This document shows, piece after piece, positions 15,199 to 15,909 of a stretch of 15,909 nt of DNA. The notes beneath the pieces were generated by a model that saw only the letters and a program-made list of their open reading frames with translations, ran no database searches and had not been told where the DNA came from. How positions within the stretch are numbered: the stretch's first letter is position 1; every line of letters starts with the position of its first letter. Source of the DNA: Trueperaceae bacterium (lineage in GTDB: Bacteria > Deinococcota > Deinococci > Deinococcales > Trueperaceae); contig CBDCAM010000005.1 in NCBI GenBank assembly GCA_965213925.1, forward strand, positions 1 through 15,909, read 5' to 3'. The position numbers and the translations under genes were made by a program.

Positions 15199-15909
15199 AT
15201 GTCTCAGCTTCTCAGTCCGTTACCCGCTCGAGGTACTCTCGTCACGCTGGGCGGCCTAGCACTTAAAGGCAGCGACTTCGACCGGACCAAGCCGCTCTTG
15301 CTCCTGTGTTACTTGTGTTTAGAAGGCCCCAAGGAACGCCGCCATTTGGCCGAACTCTTCTGGCAAAACGCTGCCGACCCCTTGGCGAGCCTCGCCACCG
15401 AACTCTCGAGGCTCAAGCGTCACCTCGGCAACGTCGTCGATACCGACGCAAGTCACACTAAAGCGCTCCTACAAACTGACGCCCAAGTTTTCTTGCGCGC
15501 GCTCGAGCGGCAAGACTTAAACCAAGCTGCGGCTGTTTACGAAGGTGGTTTTCTCAAGGGAGTAGCGTTAAAGAACGTCTCGCAAGAACTCGAGGCGTGG
15601 GTGCAAAGCACGCGCGAATTCTTGGCGGGGCGAGCTCGCGACGTGTTGCTCGGCTTGGGCGAGGCGGCCGCCCGCCGTAACGACTTTGCCAAGGCGGCCG
15701 GGCGCGCTCACGAAGCTTACGCACAGGTGCAGACCGCCGCGTTAGAACCCGAGCAGTTGCGGAGGGCGTACACCCTTCTGGTCGCGGACGACCACCCTTG
15801 GGCAGCGACGCTCAGAGAGGAAGCGCGCGACCTGGGTTTGTCCCTGGACGTCGGCAAGGTCGAAGCGCGCAAGCGTTTACGCCCGGCGCAGGGTGACGCT
15901 CTCTCGATT
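15199..15909 (+). CDS. SARP/AfsR-type transcriptional regulator (wHTH + BTAD), 3'-partial
   Basis: SD AGGAG and ATG 15199; open to the window end. Reads LVTLGGLAL...KPLLLLCYLCLEGPKERRHLAELFW...SLATELSRLK...TDAQVF...YEGGFL...ELEAWVQSTRE. Absent from the ORF track because no stop is in the window. Confidence 0.85.
   Translation, partial: MSQLLSPLPARGTLVTLGGLALKGSDFDRTKPLLLLCYLCLEGPKERRHLAELFWQNAADPLASLATELSRLKRHLGNVVDTDASHTKALLQTDAQVFLRALERQDLNQAAAVYEGGFLKGVALKNVSQELEAWVQSTREFLAGRARDVLLGLGEAAARRNDFAKAAGRAHEAYAQVQTAALEPEQLRRAYTLLVADDHPWAATLREEARDLGLSLDVGKVEARKRLRPAQGDALSI

Noticed and set aside
1..15909. CRISPR array, tRNA, rRNA or anti-phage defence system
   Set aside because: No regularly spaced repeats, RNA gene signatures or defence-protein motifs were seen.

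Overview
Accessory, GC-rich, rearranged detoxification/redox region, probably from a Deinococcota (Trueperaceae-like) genome. The lineage is inferred from a Deinococcota-style SARP/BTAD regulator and several TAnnnT-(5-6 nt)-start leaderless arrangements. From left to right: the 3' tip of a DUF418 gene, then a decayed IS4-family element whose transposase is frameshifted by a ~34-37 bp palindromic insert and fused by deletion to a convergent marR. Next is a minus-strand operon: FprA/adrenodoxin-reductase-type NADPH reductase, two tandem reductive-dehalogenase-like (cobalamin/2x[4Fe-4S]) paralogs with no Tat signal or rdhB, DUF2461, and marR. Then come an MDR oxidoreductase, a truncated TetR divergent from an FAD monooxygenase / membrane protein / DoxX unit, and an intact TetR divergent from a single ORF joining a signal-peptide epoxide hydrolase to an SDR. 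A YdeI gene, a frameshifted small membrane protein and the start of a SARP regulator end the window. The best candidate for an undescribed system is the FprA + tandem RdhA-like + DUF2461 operon, a putative NADPH-driven, non-respiratory B12 reductive system. All family assignments are by motif recognition; no database search was run.
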